Shown here: in pieces, positions 9,671 through 18,529 of the stretch
Position numbering within the stretch: position 1 is the first letter of the stretch
Layout of the letters: each line of letters begins with the position of its first letter
Assembly (NCBI GenBank): GCA_964639975.1
Contig: CAZXER010000009.1
Location: 1-56,665, forward strand
Length of the DNA: 56,665 nucleotides
Origin: an uncultured Halobacteriales archaeon
GTDB lineage: Archaea; Halobacteriota; Halobacteria; Halobacteriales; SKSH01
Reading direction: 5' to 3'
The notes under the pieces: model-generated
Told to the model about the DNA's origin: nothing
Seen by the model: the letters and a program-made list of their open reading frames with translations, nothing else
Database searches by the model: none
Program-made: the position numbers and the translations under genes

Positions 9671-9946
9671 ATGGAATGGCGGCTGTTCGCTGATATCGCT
9701 GAGACTGCTGGCGCGCATACGATCGAAATAGAGGACGTCGACGCCCAGACAGTCGATGATGCGCTTGCGGCACTTATTGAGGAGCATCCAGCGCTCGAGG
9801 AGGCGGTGTTGGACGACGGGACGCTCGCCGACCACCTGACGATACTCAAGAACGGGCAGAACGTGGCTGGCGACGGTGACGGCCTCGATACCCCCGTCGA
9901 CACCGGCGACGAGCTGGCGCTGTTCCCACCGATCAGCGGCGGCTGA
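9671..9946 (+). CDS. samp1: Ubiquitin-like small archaeal modifier protein SAMP1 (MoaD/ThiS fold)
   Basis: 91 aa, MEWRLFADIAETAG...LKNG...DELALFPPISGG with C-terminal di-Gly. Matches Haloferax SAMP1 as I recall it (MEWKLFADLAE...ELALFPPVSGG). Confidence 0.92.
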   Translation: MEWRLFADIAETAGAHTIEIEDVDAQTVDDALAALIEEHPALEEAVLDDGTLADHLTILKNGQNVAGDGDGLDTPVDTGDELALFPPISGG

Positions 9947-9949
9947 TCA

Positions 9950-10948
9950 TCATCCGTCCTCGAAGGTGGAGGCGAAGTCGACGGTCCCCGTGAGATCGGC
10001 CGCCATGACCACCTCGGCACTCTCGGCGACATCGGCCCGACACAGCGCGGCATCGCTGACGTACAGCGGGCGATCGGGGACGGCGATGCGGATTCGATCG
10101 GCACCGATCTCACCAGCGTCGCTCGCCACTGCATCCAGCAATACGGCAGCGGCGCCAGTGTCGTTCCAGGTCGCTGCACCGTACTCGGCGATAGTCTCGG
10201 TATCGCCCTCATCTGGTTCGTGCTCGAACACACGAGAGCGATAGGTCATCGCCTGGACACCCCGGTCGGTCGTGATCGCGATCGTGGTCGTCTCGTCAGC
10301 GGCTCGCTCGAGGAGCGCCGGCGTGAGCTCTGAGAGGGCCCATGATTCGTCCAGCGAGAGGCCGAGCCCTCCCATGACGTGAGCTCCCTCGTTGCCATGG
10401 AACGCCCGCCAGGCGGTGGCTGGGTCGTTCGTGACCGTTGCATCCGGTGGTGCTGGGAGCCACGGACGGTCCGTGTGGTCGAGATGGGTCGTTGCTACCG
10501 CGTCCGTCCCAACCGCGGGGTGGACCCATCGGAACGTGCCAGCTGGCCGGTAGCCACTCGCGCGAGACTGTCCGAGTCCGGCCTCGTTCCACGCATGGAC
10601 GAGCGCCCTGACGACTGTCGCCCCTTGCTGGGCTGCCCACGAGAACAACTCGGCGGTGAGCTGCTGGCTGAGACCCTGGCCGCGATAGTCAGGATGCACC
10701 CGGAGCCCCTGTCCCCAGGCCTCCTCGTCGGTCAGCAACACCGCCTGGGCGATGGCGACAGCCTGCCCCTCGTGTTCGACGACGAGGGTGTGTTTGGGAC
10801 GAGCACCGGATTCGAGCCAGCGAGGATACACTCGCCCGAGGTAGTCCTGGCCCTCGCGATCGGGCCAGGTGTCCGCCGTGATTTCCTTGATGTCGTCGTG
10901 GTCATCGACACGGGCCTCTCTGACCTGGCCCACGGTCGCTACGTCCAT
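9950..10948 (-). CDS. GNAT family N-acetyltransferase
   Basis: Acetyl-CoA motif A GLRVHPDYRGQGLS, NEAGLGQSRASGY. Overlaps the gatD stop. Confidence 0.85.
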   Translation of the reverse strand: MDVATVGQVREARVDDHDDIKEITADTWPDREGQDYLGRVYPRWLESGARPKHTLVVEHEGQAVAIAQAVLLTDEEAWGQGLRVHPDYRGQGLSQQLTAELFSWAAQQGATVVRALVHAWNEAGLGQSRASGYRPAGTFRWVHPAVGTDAVATTHLDHTDRPWLPAPPDATVTNDPATAWRAFHGNEGAHVMGGLGLSLDESWALSELTPALLERAADETTTIAITTDRGVQAMTYRSRVFEHEPDEGDTETIAEYGAATWNDTGAAAVLLDAVASDAGEIGADRIRIAVPDRPLYVSDAALCRADVAESAEVVMAADLTGTVDFASTFEDG

Positions 10949-12180
10949 GGTGTCGAACGCTGGGTGAGCTCGCCCGCGATGGAGGTTCCCATCGTCGCCT
11001 CGACGTCATCCCGGTTGGCAAGCGCCCACATGAGCTTGACGAGCGCCGTCTCTGGCAGCGTATCGCCGGCTTCGATGACGCCGGCGTCGAGGAGGTCTCG
11101 CCCGGTGTCGTACACCCGGTCGCAGACGCGTCCCTCCAGACACTGGCTGGTCATGACGACCGTCGTGCCGTCCTCGACGAGCGACTCGACTGCCGGGATA
11201 TGATCGGTGTGGATATGCCCGAGACCGGTCCCTTCGATGATGACGCCCTCCTTGCCCTCGAGCCAGTCGTAGATCGTCGGATCGAGCCCGGGAGCGACCT
11301 TGATGAGCTCGACCGCAGGTTCGAGGTCGACCGCCAGCGATGGATTCACTGAGCCCCGCTCGGGCAGCTCGCGACGGAAGGTGACCGAGCCGTCGTCGTA
11401 GTCCACGAACCCGACGGGGAAGTTCCCGATCGTCTCGAAGGCATCGCGCCGGCTCGTGTGGTTCTTGCGAACCCGGGTGCCTCGATGGATGGCGCAGCGA
11501 TCATCGCTCTCCGTCGCGTGCATGCAGACGAACACACCGGCGACGTCGGCCTTCGCCGCCTCGACCGAACAGACCGCGTTCATGACGTTGTCACTCGAGG
11601 GTCGATCCGCCGAGCGTTGACTGCCGGTCAGCACGATCGGCACCGGGGTGTCGACCATGAACGAGAGGGCCGCAGCCGTGTGTTGCATCGTGTCCGTCCC
11701 GTGCATCACGACGATCCCATCGACCCCGCGTTCGATCTCGTCGTAGACCGTCCTGGCGAGGTCCTGCCAGACATCGGGTGACATGTTCTCACTCAGTACG
11801 TTCGCCACCACGTGGCCCCGGTAGTTCGCCAATCCGGCGAGCTCTGGGACCGCCCTGAGGACGTCGTCGGCGTCGAACTGGGCCGAGACGGCGCCGGTGC
11901 GATAGTCGACCGTGGAGGCGATGGTCCCGCCGGTGCTGATGAGCGCGATCTCGGGCAACGAGTCGTCGAACGTCACCTCGGTTGTCGAGTCCGCTGGCGA
12001 GCGGTCCATCTCGGCCGAGCCAGATTCGAGCACCTCCACATCGGCCCCGTCGCGGTCGATCCCGACATTGTACCCGTCATCACCCTTGATGACGAGGTGG
12101 TCCTCGGTGGTCGAGGGCATCACGAGCCCCTCGTGTTCGACCACCTCCGTCGTCACTCGGACGCGGTCCCCTGGTTGCAT
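10939..12180 (-). CDS. gatD: Glutamyl-tRNA(Gln) amidotransferase subunit D
   Basis: N-terminal GatD domain (KGDDGYNVG), STGGTIASTVDYRTGAV, HGTDTM, GSQRSADRPSSD, HTSRRDAF. Start 12180 supported by TTGAAG at -30. Confidence 0.96.
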   Translation of the reverse strand: MQPGDRVRVTTEVVEHEGLVMPSTTEDHLVIKGDDGYNVGIDRDGADVEVLESGSAEMDRSPADSTTEVTFDDSLPEIALISTGGTIASTVDYRTGAVSAQFDADDVLRAVPELAGLANYRGHVVANVLSENMSPDVWQDLARTVYDEIERGVDGIVVMHGTDTMQHTAAALSFMVDTPVPIVLTGSQRSADRPSSDNVMNAVCSVEAAKADVAGVFVCMHATESDDRCAIHRGTRVRKNHTSRRDAFETIGNFPVGFVDYDDGSVTFRRELPERGSVNPSLAVDLEPAVELIKVAPGLDPTIYDWLEGKEGVIIEGTGLGHIHTDHIPAVESLVEDGTTVVMTSQCLEGRVCDRVYDTGRDLLDAGVIEAGDTLPETALVKLMWALANRDDVEATMGTSIAGELTQRSTPWT

Positions 12181-12204
12181 TGGGCCCATCTACGGGGCGG
12201 GACC

Positions 12205-12210
12205 CTTCAA
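12205..12210 (-). promoter_or_regulatory. TATA-like box of gatD (leaderless spacing)
   Basis: TTGAAG at -30..-25 from ATG 12180. Confidence 0.5.
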
Positions 12211-12220
12211 GCCAACCGGT

Positions 12221-12883
12221 TCAGGTCTCGGCGTCGAGCTCCCAGCCAGCATCGGTCTCCTCGACCAATCCGGCACCCTCGAGCTGATCCACACACCGTT
12301 TGACCGCCTGATTGGGGACCGAGAAGTGATGCGCCATGTCGTCGATGGTCGCGGCCTCCTCTCTGAGCAGTTCGATGATGTCGAGTCCCAGACGAGCGCC
12401 ATCGTTCTCGAAGAGCTCACCAAGCAACTCCTGATAGCGCCGATTCAACTCGCCGTGGAGGAACCGTTGGGCGCAGGATAGCTCGGCGGCGAGCTCCTCG
12501 AGGTCGTTGAGCTCGTCGATGCGTTCCAGCGGATCGTCAGCAGTGGTGTCGATGTCCGTGTGCAGCTCGATCCGCTCGAAGCTGTGGGAGTCGATCGATT
12601 CGGCTGGGAGGTACCCGTTTGTGGTACCGAACTCGTGGGGGGCGATCGTGATCTCGAGGCGCTGAGAATGGATGATGGAGAAGTACTTGCGTCGATCGTC
12701 GGCGTTGCGGTACTCGATCAGACCGGCCTCCTCGAGACGCTGGAGGTGATCGATGACGGCTTTCGGGCTGACCCCGGTCACCTCGCTGATCTCGGTGACG
12801 TAACATGGCTTTTGGGCCAGGAGCGAGAGGATCCGCCGCCTCGTGTCGTTCCCGAGGAGGTCCAACAGCTCGGCGGATTCCAT
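12221..12883 (-). CDS. ArsR-family transcription regulator with C-terminal helical extension and second wHTH-like segment
   Basis: LLDLLGNDTRRRILSLLAQKPCYVTEIS..VSPKAVIDHLQRLEEAGLI. Start moved to MESAELL. Confidence 0.85.
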   Translation of the reverse strand: MESAELLDLLGNDTRRRILSLLAQKPCYVTEISEVTGVSPKAVIDHLQRLEEAGLIEYRNADDRRKYFSIIHSQRLEITIAPHEFGTTNGYLPAESIDSHSFERIELHTDIDTTADDPLERIDELNDLEELAAELSCAQRFLHGELNRRYQELLGELFENDGARLGLDIIELLREEAATIDDMAHHFSVPNQAVKRCVDQLEGAGLVEETDAGWELDAET

Positions 12884-12983
12884 GGGAGTTGGTAATGCGT
12901 CGGTATGGAAAAGCGTGTCTTCCGCTCTGTGATACTCTGGGCGATAGCTTTTTGCCACCCCATTCTCCATGTTACCATGCCGC

Positions 12984-13343
12984 ATGTTCGAGGCCTTTTC
13001 AGACAGCTACTACATCGGTCGATTATACGTGACACCGGCCGACGAGGATCCCCCGCGCATGCAGGAGATCCAGGTGCATCAGATCAACGATGAACTCCGT
13101 GGAGATCAGGACGAGCTCGTCGCCCTCGATCGACCGCTCGTGATGAAACTCGGTAACCGACACTTTCCGGTACACGCCGACGAGGAGGTCCCGGTGGACA
13201 CGCTCGTCCTCCCGGAAGCCCTGCTGCAAGAGACGCCCGTCGAGAACCCCCCGGAGGTCTGTGGGGTCCTGTTGGCGACGGGCGAACGAGCCGATCAGCT
13301 GCTGTGGTTATCGGGACAGCGAACCGGTGGCCTCCGTACTTAA
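12984..13343 (+). CDS. Conserved haloarchaeal protein (DUF5802-like)
   Basis: MFEAFSDSYYIGRLYVTP...RPLVMKLGNRHFPV. Acidic, with CTTTTTG about 30 nt upstream. Confidence 0.7.
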   Translation: MFEAFSDSYYIGRLYVTPADEDPPRMQEIQVHQINDELRGDQDELVALDRPLVMKLGNRHFPVHADEEVPVDTLVLPEALLQETPVENPPEVCGVLLATGERADQLLWLSGQRTGGLRT

Positions 13344-13344
13344 G
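13339..13344 (+). promoter_or_regulatory. TATA-like box of the VLRF1 gene, overlapping the upstream stop codon
   Basis: CTTAAG at -34..-29 from ATG 13373. Confidence 0.5.
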
Positions 13345-13372
13345 ACCGCGGCGGTGTGACCCTCCAGTATCG

Positions 13373-14281
13373 ATGCTCGATTCGCTGCTCGGTCGGGCCG
13401 AACTCAAAGACGAGATCGAGGACCTCGAGTCCCAGCTGGCGGCGTTGGAATCGGAGCTCGACTCGCTCGAGTCGGAGCTCGCCGCGACCGATCGACGACG
13501 CAAGGAGGCGATCCGGGATGCTCAGGTCGCCCAGGAGGAGCGCAACACACTCGAGGACCGCATCGAGCAGCTCACGGACGAGCTCGACCGGGCCCGTGAT
13601 TCGACCGAGGTAACCCTACGGGGGCGAGATCGGTACGGACGCACCCGGATGCGGTCCCTGTTCGAGACCCTCTCGAGCGTCGAGACTCCAGCGGAAGGCG
13701 CCTATACGGCGATGCTCCCCGATGGGGATTCGGCGGCCGTTCGAGAGCACTTCGGCGACCGGAGCGCGCTCGTCATGCAGGCGGCGCCCTGTCTGTGTCT
13801 CTTCGACCGCGATGGCGTGATCGAGTTGGCGCTCGAACCGCCGGTCCATCCCGACGCGTTCGAACGGTGGGATACCCACTTCCACCTCGATCCGACCTGG
13901 TTCCTCCCCACTGGGGCCTTCTCCTTCGCGGTCGTCCGCAGCGATCTCTTCGCGATCGGGCGCTATGACGGTGAATCGCTGGCCTACATCGATGGCTTCG
14001 AGAGCGACGTGATGGGGCGCCACTCCAAGGGCGGGTTCTCACAGGCACGCTTCGAGCGACGTCGTGAGGAGCAGATCGAACGACACCTCAAAGAGTCGCG
14101 AGACCGCCTCGCGCAAACGGAGCTCGCCGACAGGGTCGTGCTGGCCGGCTCGCAGGATGCGCTCGACCGACTCGATGTCGAGGCGGACATGCGGGTCCCG
14201 GTCGATGCCTCGGGGCCGCCACGGGATGCGCTCGATCAAGCCTTCGACGAGGTCTGGACGACCACCGTCCACCGGCTGTGA
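13373..14281 (+). CDS. Vms1/ANKZF1-like release factor (VLRF1 family) with N-terminal coiled coil
   Basis: GRHSKGGFSQARFERRREEQ catalytic loop, eRF1-like AVVRSDLFAIG strand, heptad-rich N-terminus. Confidence 0.82.
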   Translation: MLDSLLGRAELKDEIEDLESQLAALESELDSLESELAATDRRRKEAIRDAQVAQEERNTLEDRIEQLTDELDRARDSTEVTLRGRDRYGRTRMRSLFETLSSVETPAEGAYTAMLPDGDSAAVREHFGDRSALVMQAAPCLCLFDRDGVIELALEPPVHPDAFERWDTHFHLDPTWFLPTGAFSFAVVRSDLFAIGRYDGESLAYIDGFESDVMGRHSKGGFSQARFERRREEQIERHLKESRDRLAQTELADRVVLAGSQDALDRLDVEADMRVPVDASGPPRDALDQAFDEVWTTTVHRL

Positions 14282-14331
14282 CGCGAGCAAGCTCCGGCGA
14301 GTATACGTACCCGGACCACACAGTCGGGGGT

Positions 14332-15345
14332 ATGCGCGTGGCAGTGCTTGCCCACGAGAAGTTCCCCGATCGGGCCAAGACGGCCATCGGTATCCTCCGC
14401 TACGGGGACTACGAGGTCGTCGCCGTCCTCGATCGGGCGAACGCGGGCGACCGGGTCAGGGACTACATCCCGGACGTCCAGGACGCCCCGATCGTCGACT
14501 CGATGGCCGAGGTTGACGACATCGACGCGTTGCTCATCGGGATCGCACCGATCGGCGGCGGCTTCGATCCATCGTGGCGAGCCGATGTCAGGTCGGCCAT
14601 CGAGCGTGGCGCCGATGTCATCGCTGGCTTGCATTACTTCCTCAGCGAGGACGAGGAGTTCGCGACCCTCGCCGCGGAACACGACGTCGAGCTCCGGGAC
14701 GTGCGACGACCACCCGACGATATCTCCGTCAGCGAGGGGATCGCCCGCGACCTCGACGCCCACATCGTCGAGACGGTCGGGACGGACTGCTCGGTCGGCA
14801 AGATGACGGTGACGATGGAGCTGGTAGAGGCACTCCAGGCCGCCGGTGTCGATGCCTGTGCGATCCCGACCGGCCAAACCGGCATCATGATCGAGGGGTG
14901 GGGGATCGCCGTCGACCGGACCATCAGCGACTTCACCGCCGGGGCGACCGAGCGCATGCTCAAAGCGAAGGCTGACGAGCATGATGTCCTCGTCGTCGAG
15001 GGCCAGGGGAGCATCACCCATCCCGCATACTCGGCCGTGACCCTGGCGCTCCTACACGGGGCGATGCCAGATCAGCTGGTGCTGTGTCACGAGGCCGGTC
15101 GAGAGGTCGTCCACGGCTACGAGGACTTCCCATTGTTGTCGATCGAGGCGGCGGCCGAGCTGTATGAGACCGTCGCCGAGCCCGTTGCGCCGACCAGCGT
15201 GGCTGGCGTCGCGTTGAACACCCGTTCACTCGATGAGACGGCGGCCTATCGGGCGGTCGAGACCGTCTCGGGCCGGCTGGAGCTCCCCTGTGTCGACCCT
15301 ATCAGGCACGATATCGAGGCGCTGGCCAGCGAGGTAGTGCCATGA
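14332..15345 (+). CDS. dgcN: DUF1611 protein, DgcN-like D-glutamate N-acetyltransferase
   Basis: AKTAIGILRY, IGIAPIGG, GLHYFL, P-loop-like VGTDCSVGKMT, TGQTGIMI, VEGQGSITHPAYS. Confidence 0.78.
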   Translation: MRVAVLAHEKFPDRAKTAIGILRYGDYEVVAVLDRANAGDRVRDYIPDVQDAPIVDSMAEVDDIDALLIGIAPIGGGFDPSWRADVRSAIERGADVIAGLHYFLSEDEEFATLAAEHDVELRDVRRPPDDISVSEGIARDLDAHIVETVGTDCSVGKMTVTMELVEALQAAGVDACAIPTGQTGIMIEGWGIAVDRTISDFTAGATERMLKAKADEHDVLVVEGQGSITHPAYSAVTLALLHGAMPDQLVLCHEAGREVVHGYEDFPLLSIEAAAELYETVAEPVAPTSVAGVALNTRSLDETAAYRAVETVSGRLELPCVDPIRHDIEALASEVVP

Positions 15346-16379
15346 GTCTCTCCCTCTCATTCGAACGGTTTGACCTCCCACTCGATCGACCATTCACCAT
15401 CGCGAGGGGGTCCCATACCGAGACGGCCGTCGTCATCGTCACGATAACCGATGAGAATGACCTTGAGGGGGTTGGGGGTGCTGGTCCCTCGCAGCATTAC
15501 GGCGATACCGCCGACACGGTCGAGGCCATCCTGCCAGCTCTCATCGAGGTGGTCGAGCAGTACGAGACCCCGGAACCCGTCGTTGCCATCGAGGAGGCGC
15601 TCAAAGAGACCGTCAGAGGCAATCCGGCCGCCAGAGCAGCCGTCTCGATCGCGTTGCACGACCTCGTTGCCAAGCGTCAGGGAGTTGCCCTCCATCGCTA
15701 CTGGGGCCTCGAGAGCGAGGCGGTTGATACCTCCTTCACCATCGGCATCGATGCTCCGGAGGAGATGGCTGAGAACGCCGCAGAGGCCGTCGAGGCGGGC
15801 TACGATATCCTCAAGCTCAAGCTCGGCACCGAGCACGATCTGGCCATCATTGAGGCCGTCAGGGAGGTGGCCCCCGATGCCACGATTCGGGTCGATGCCA
15901 ACGAGGCCTGGGGGCCGAAGGAGGCGGTTTCGCACTGTGCGTATCTCGCCGAACACGACGTCGAGTTCGTCGAACAGCCGGTACCCGCAGAACATCCCGA
16001 GGCGCTCGCCTACGTGGGCGAACACGTGCCGCTTCCGATCGCTGCCGACGAGAGCTGTGTCACTCTCGAGGATATCCCCCGTATCGCCGATGCCGTCCAG
16101 ATCGCGAACCTCAAACTCATGAAGTGTGGCGGGCTCGTCGAGGCCCGACGGATGATCCATGCCGCCCGCGCGTCCGGCCTCGAGGTGATGCTCGGGTGCA
16201 TGATCGAGAGCAACGCCTCGATCGCCGCCGGGGCCCAACTCGCCCCGTTGCTGGATTATGCGGACCTCGATGGGTCTCTGTTGCTTGCAGATGATCCCTT
16301 CGATGGGCCCGTGAACGTTGGTGGGGAGATCGACCTCGATCCAGCGGTCGCTGGAACCGGTGCCGTTCGGACTGACTGA
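15342..16379 (+). CDS. dgcA: Enolase-superfamily dipeptide epimerase / DgcA-like N-acetyl-D-Glu racemase
   Basis: KLKLG, RVDANEAW, FVEQP, AADES, NLKLMKCGG, GCMIES, DLDG. ATGA-coupled to DUF1611 gene. Confidence 0.85.
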   Translation: MSLSLSFERFDLPLDRPFTIARGSHTETAVVIVTITDENDLEGVGGAGPSQHYGDTADTVEAILPALIEVVEQYETPEPVVAIEEALKETVRGNPAARAAVSIALHDLVAKRQGVALHRYWGLESEAVDTSFTIGIDAPEEMAENAAEAVEAGYDILKLKLGTEHDLAIIEAVREVAPDATIRVDANEAWGPKEAVSHCAYLAEHDVEFVEQPVPAEHPEALAYVGEHVPLPIAADESCVTLEDIPRIADAVQIANLKLMKCGGLVEARRMIHAARASGLEVMLGCMIESNASIAAGAQLAPLLDYADLDGSLLLADDPFDGPVNVGGEIDLDPAVAGTGAVRTD

Positions 16380-16388
16380 CGGTGATCT

Positions 16389-16402
16389 CGTGAGTACTCA
16401 CG
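16389..16402. repeat. Perfect 14-bp palindrome between convergent genes
   Basis: CGTGAGTACTCACG is its own reverse complement. Confidence 0.6.
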
Positions 16403-16418
16403 TCGGTGCAAGGTGGGA

Positions 16419-16592
16419 CTAGATTCTGTTACCGAGTACCAATAGCACACCGCTCAAGATCATCGCGGAGCCGATCGCCCAGACGACGCCTGAAAGCAGG
16501 TCACCATACAGGGTAAACCCGAGCAGACCGCCCATCGCCGTACCCCCACCTACGATCGCACCTTTCCGGGCCTGACGATAGAGGTCCTCCAT
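16419..16592 (-). CDS. Small two-TM membrane protein, 57 aa, below the ORF-track cut-off
   Basis: Hand translation MEDLYRQARKGAIVGGGTAMGGLLGFTLYGDLLSGVVWAIGSAMILSGVLLVLGNRI*. Starts 7 nt after the thrS stop and fills an otherwise empty gap. Confidence 0.65.
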   Translation of the reverse strand: MEDLYRQARKGAIVGGGTAMGGLLGFTLYGDLLSGVVWAIGSAMILSGVLLVLGNRI

Positions 16593-16599
16593 GGCGTGC

Positions 16600-18432
16600 T
16601 CAGTTGAAGTGTGGATGCTCGCTGAGGTGTCGGGGGAGATATCGCGGTCGGCGAGGGAGCCCCTCGAGATCGGCCGCGAGCGTCGACACGAGCGACTCCA
16701 GCGTCATATCGACCTCCTCGTCCTCTGCACGGACGTTCACGCCGATCGTGTCGCCCTCGATCTCGCGGTCGCCGACGACGACGTAGTAGGGGACCCAGTC
16801 CGTCTCGGCGGTGGCGATGCGCTTGCCGACCGATTCGTCGCGATCGTCGATATCGGCGCGAATATCGCTCGACTCGAGGCGGTCGACCATCTCCTCGCAG
16901 GCCTCGCCGTGCAGATCGGGCCTGACGGGGACGAACCTGACCTGTGTCGGCGAGAGCCAGGTGGGCAGTTGGGGCGGATCGGCCCGGGCGGCATCCTCGA
17001 GGACGGCCGCGAAGACCCGCTCGATGCCTCCCGAGGGCGAGTAGTGCAAGATCGTCGGGTTGTGCTCGGAGCCATCCTCGACGTACTCGATGTCGAAGCG
17101 CTCGGCGCTCTCGACGTCGATCTGGACGGTCGAGCACTCGAACGGCCGCCCCGTCCCGTCCATCGCCGCGAAGTCGATCTTGGCCACCCAGTAGCGATGT
17201 CCCCGCTCGGGGATCATCTCGATGAGCACCGGTGTGTCGAGGTCCTCGACGACCCCGTCGATCCACTCCCGGTGGGCCTCGTGGAAGTCCTCGGTCATCC
17301 GGAATATCGGGGCGTACTCGACGGACAGGTCGTCGCTGATGCGAAGCGCGAGCTCGGCCTGGCGTTCGAACTCGTCCAGCGCGTGCTCGACGTCCTTTGT
17401 CGCGGTGTGCATATCGGGCATCGTGAATGCACGCAGCCGTCGCAGGCCGGAGACCTCCCCGCGCTGCTCGCGTCTGAACGAGTACGTGCTCATCTCGTAG
17501 ATGCGTAGAGGCAGGTCGTTCGATGAGATGTGCATGTCGCGCATGATGGAGAACTGGCCGAAACAGGCGGCAAATCGCAGCATCATCTTGCGGTCGCCGC
17601 TGTCGAATCGGTACTGCCGTTCCCCGAACTTGTCGGCGTGCTCGCTGATCGCCCGCGCGCCGAGGTCGTACATGATCGGCGTCTCGACTGGCATGCCACC
17701 GTACTCGACGACGCGATCCGAGACGTACTCCATCAGCTGGTCGCGCGAGAGCTTGCCCTTGGGATACCATCTGAGGTTACCGACGTCGCTGAGGTCGTCG
17801 TACCCGACGAGCTCCTTCTCTCGCATGAGTTCGACGTGCGGTGGCGCCTCGCCCCCTCCGGCGTCGCCCTCGACCTCGTCTTCGATGAGCGCCTGCATGC
17901 GCTCGTCGACGTCATCGGTGACACCCTTCGGGTCCGCTCGAGTCCCATCGGGGAAGGCCACCTCGAAGGTGCTGGGCAGGTCAACCTCCTCGACCTCGTC
18001 CGCTTCATCCAGGTGGGCGTCGACGTGCCTGGAGAGCTCTGAGAGGGGGTGGCCCTTGCAGCTGACCTCGAAGGACTTGTACCAGCCAAAGGGCGCTCTG
18101 AGCACCTCGTGATCCGTCTCGAGCTCGGCTTCGAGGCCGACGAAGACGTCCGTGGCGACCTCGGGTGGAGCGAGGTCCTCGCTCAGGTGCGCATAGGGGT
18201 AGATGACGACGCGGCTGGTCTGGAGCTGGCCGGTGACATCGCGGATCTCGGTCGCTGCATTGGCGATGACCGCCTCGGTGTCGTCGCCGTCGTCCGACTC
18301 CACCGAGATGAACGTCACGACACAGTCCTCCATGCGCCCGTCGAGTGGGACCCCCTCGTGCTCGGCGAGGTCACCGATCTCCTCTGTGACCTCGAATTCG
18401 AGGTGGTCCGAGTGGATGAACAGCAAACGCAT
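16600..18432 (-). CDS. thrS: Threonyl-tRNA synthetase, archaeal type with N-terminal editing domain
   Basis: [60 protein letters not shown], anticodon-binding domain. Confidence 0.97.
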   Translation of the reverse strand: MRLLFIHSDHLEFEVTEEIGDLAEHEGVPLDGRMEDCVVTFISVESDDGDDTEAVIANAATEIRDVTGQLQTSRVVIYPYAHLSEDLAPPEVATDVFVGLEAELETDHEVLRAPFGWYKSFEVSCKGHPLSELSRHVDAHLDEADEVEEVDLPSTFEVAFPDGTRADPKGVTDDVDERMQALIEDEVEGDAGGGEAPPHVELMREKELVGYDDLSDVGNLRWYPKGKLSRDQLMEYVSDRVVEYGGMPVETPIMYDLGARAISEHADKFGERQYRFDSGDRKMMLRFAACFGQFSIMRDMHISSNDLPLRIYEMSTYSFRREQRGEVSGLRRLRAFTMPDMHTATKDVEHALDEFERQAELALRISDDLSVEYAPIFRMTEDFHEAHREWIDGVVEDLDTPVLIEMIPERGHRYWVAKIDFAAMDGTGRPFECSTVQIDVESAERFDIEYVEDGSEHNPTILHYSPSGGIERVFAAVLEDAARADPPQLPTWLSPTQVRFVPVRPDLHGEACEEMVDRLESSDIRADIDDRDESVGKRIATAETDWVPYYVVVGDREIEGDTIGVNVRAEDEEVDMTLESLVSTLAADLEGLPRRPRYLPRHLSEHPHFN

Positions 18433-18454
18433 ACGCTACGGAAGCCGACGGCTC

Positions 18455-18506
18455 GTAAAAAGGGTGCCGAAGGTCTCGATGTCAGCAGGGGGTCGAAATC
18501 GTTTTG
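18455..18506. promoter_or_regulatory. Divergent thrS / pyrG promoters
   Basis: Minus strand CTTTTAC at -29..-23 of thrS. Plus strand CGAAA (BRE-like) then GTTTTG at -29..-24 of pyrG. Confidence 0.6.
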
Positions 18507-18529
18507 ACCGATGGTGCACCACACACGGT

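Noticed and set aside
18203-18529. 109-aa N-terminal extension of PyrG overlapping thrS
   Set aside because: A BRE/TATA-like box sits at -29 from ATG 18530, where PyrG homology begins. The extension is an open-frame artefact.
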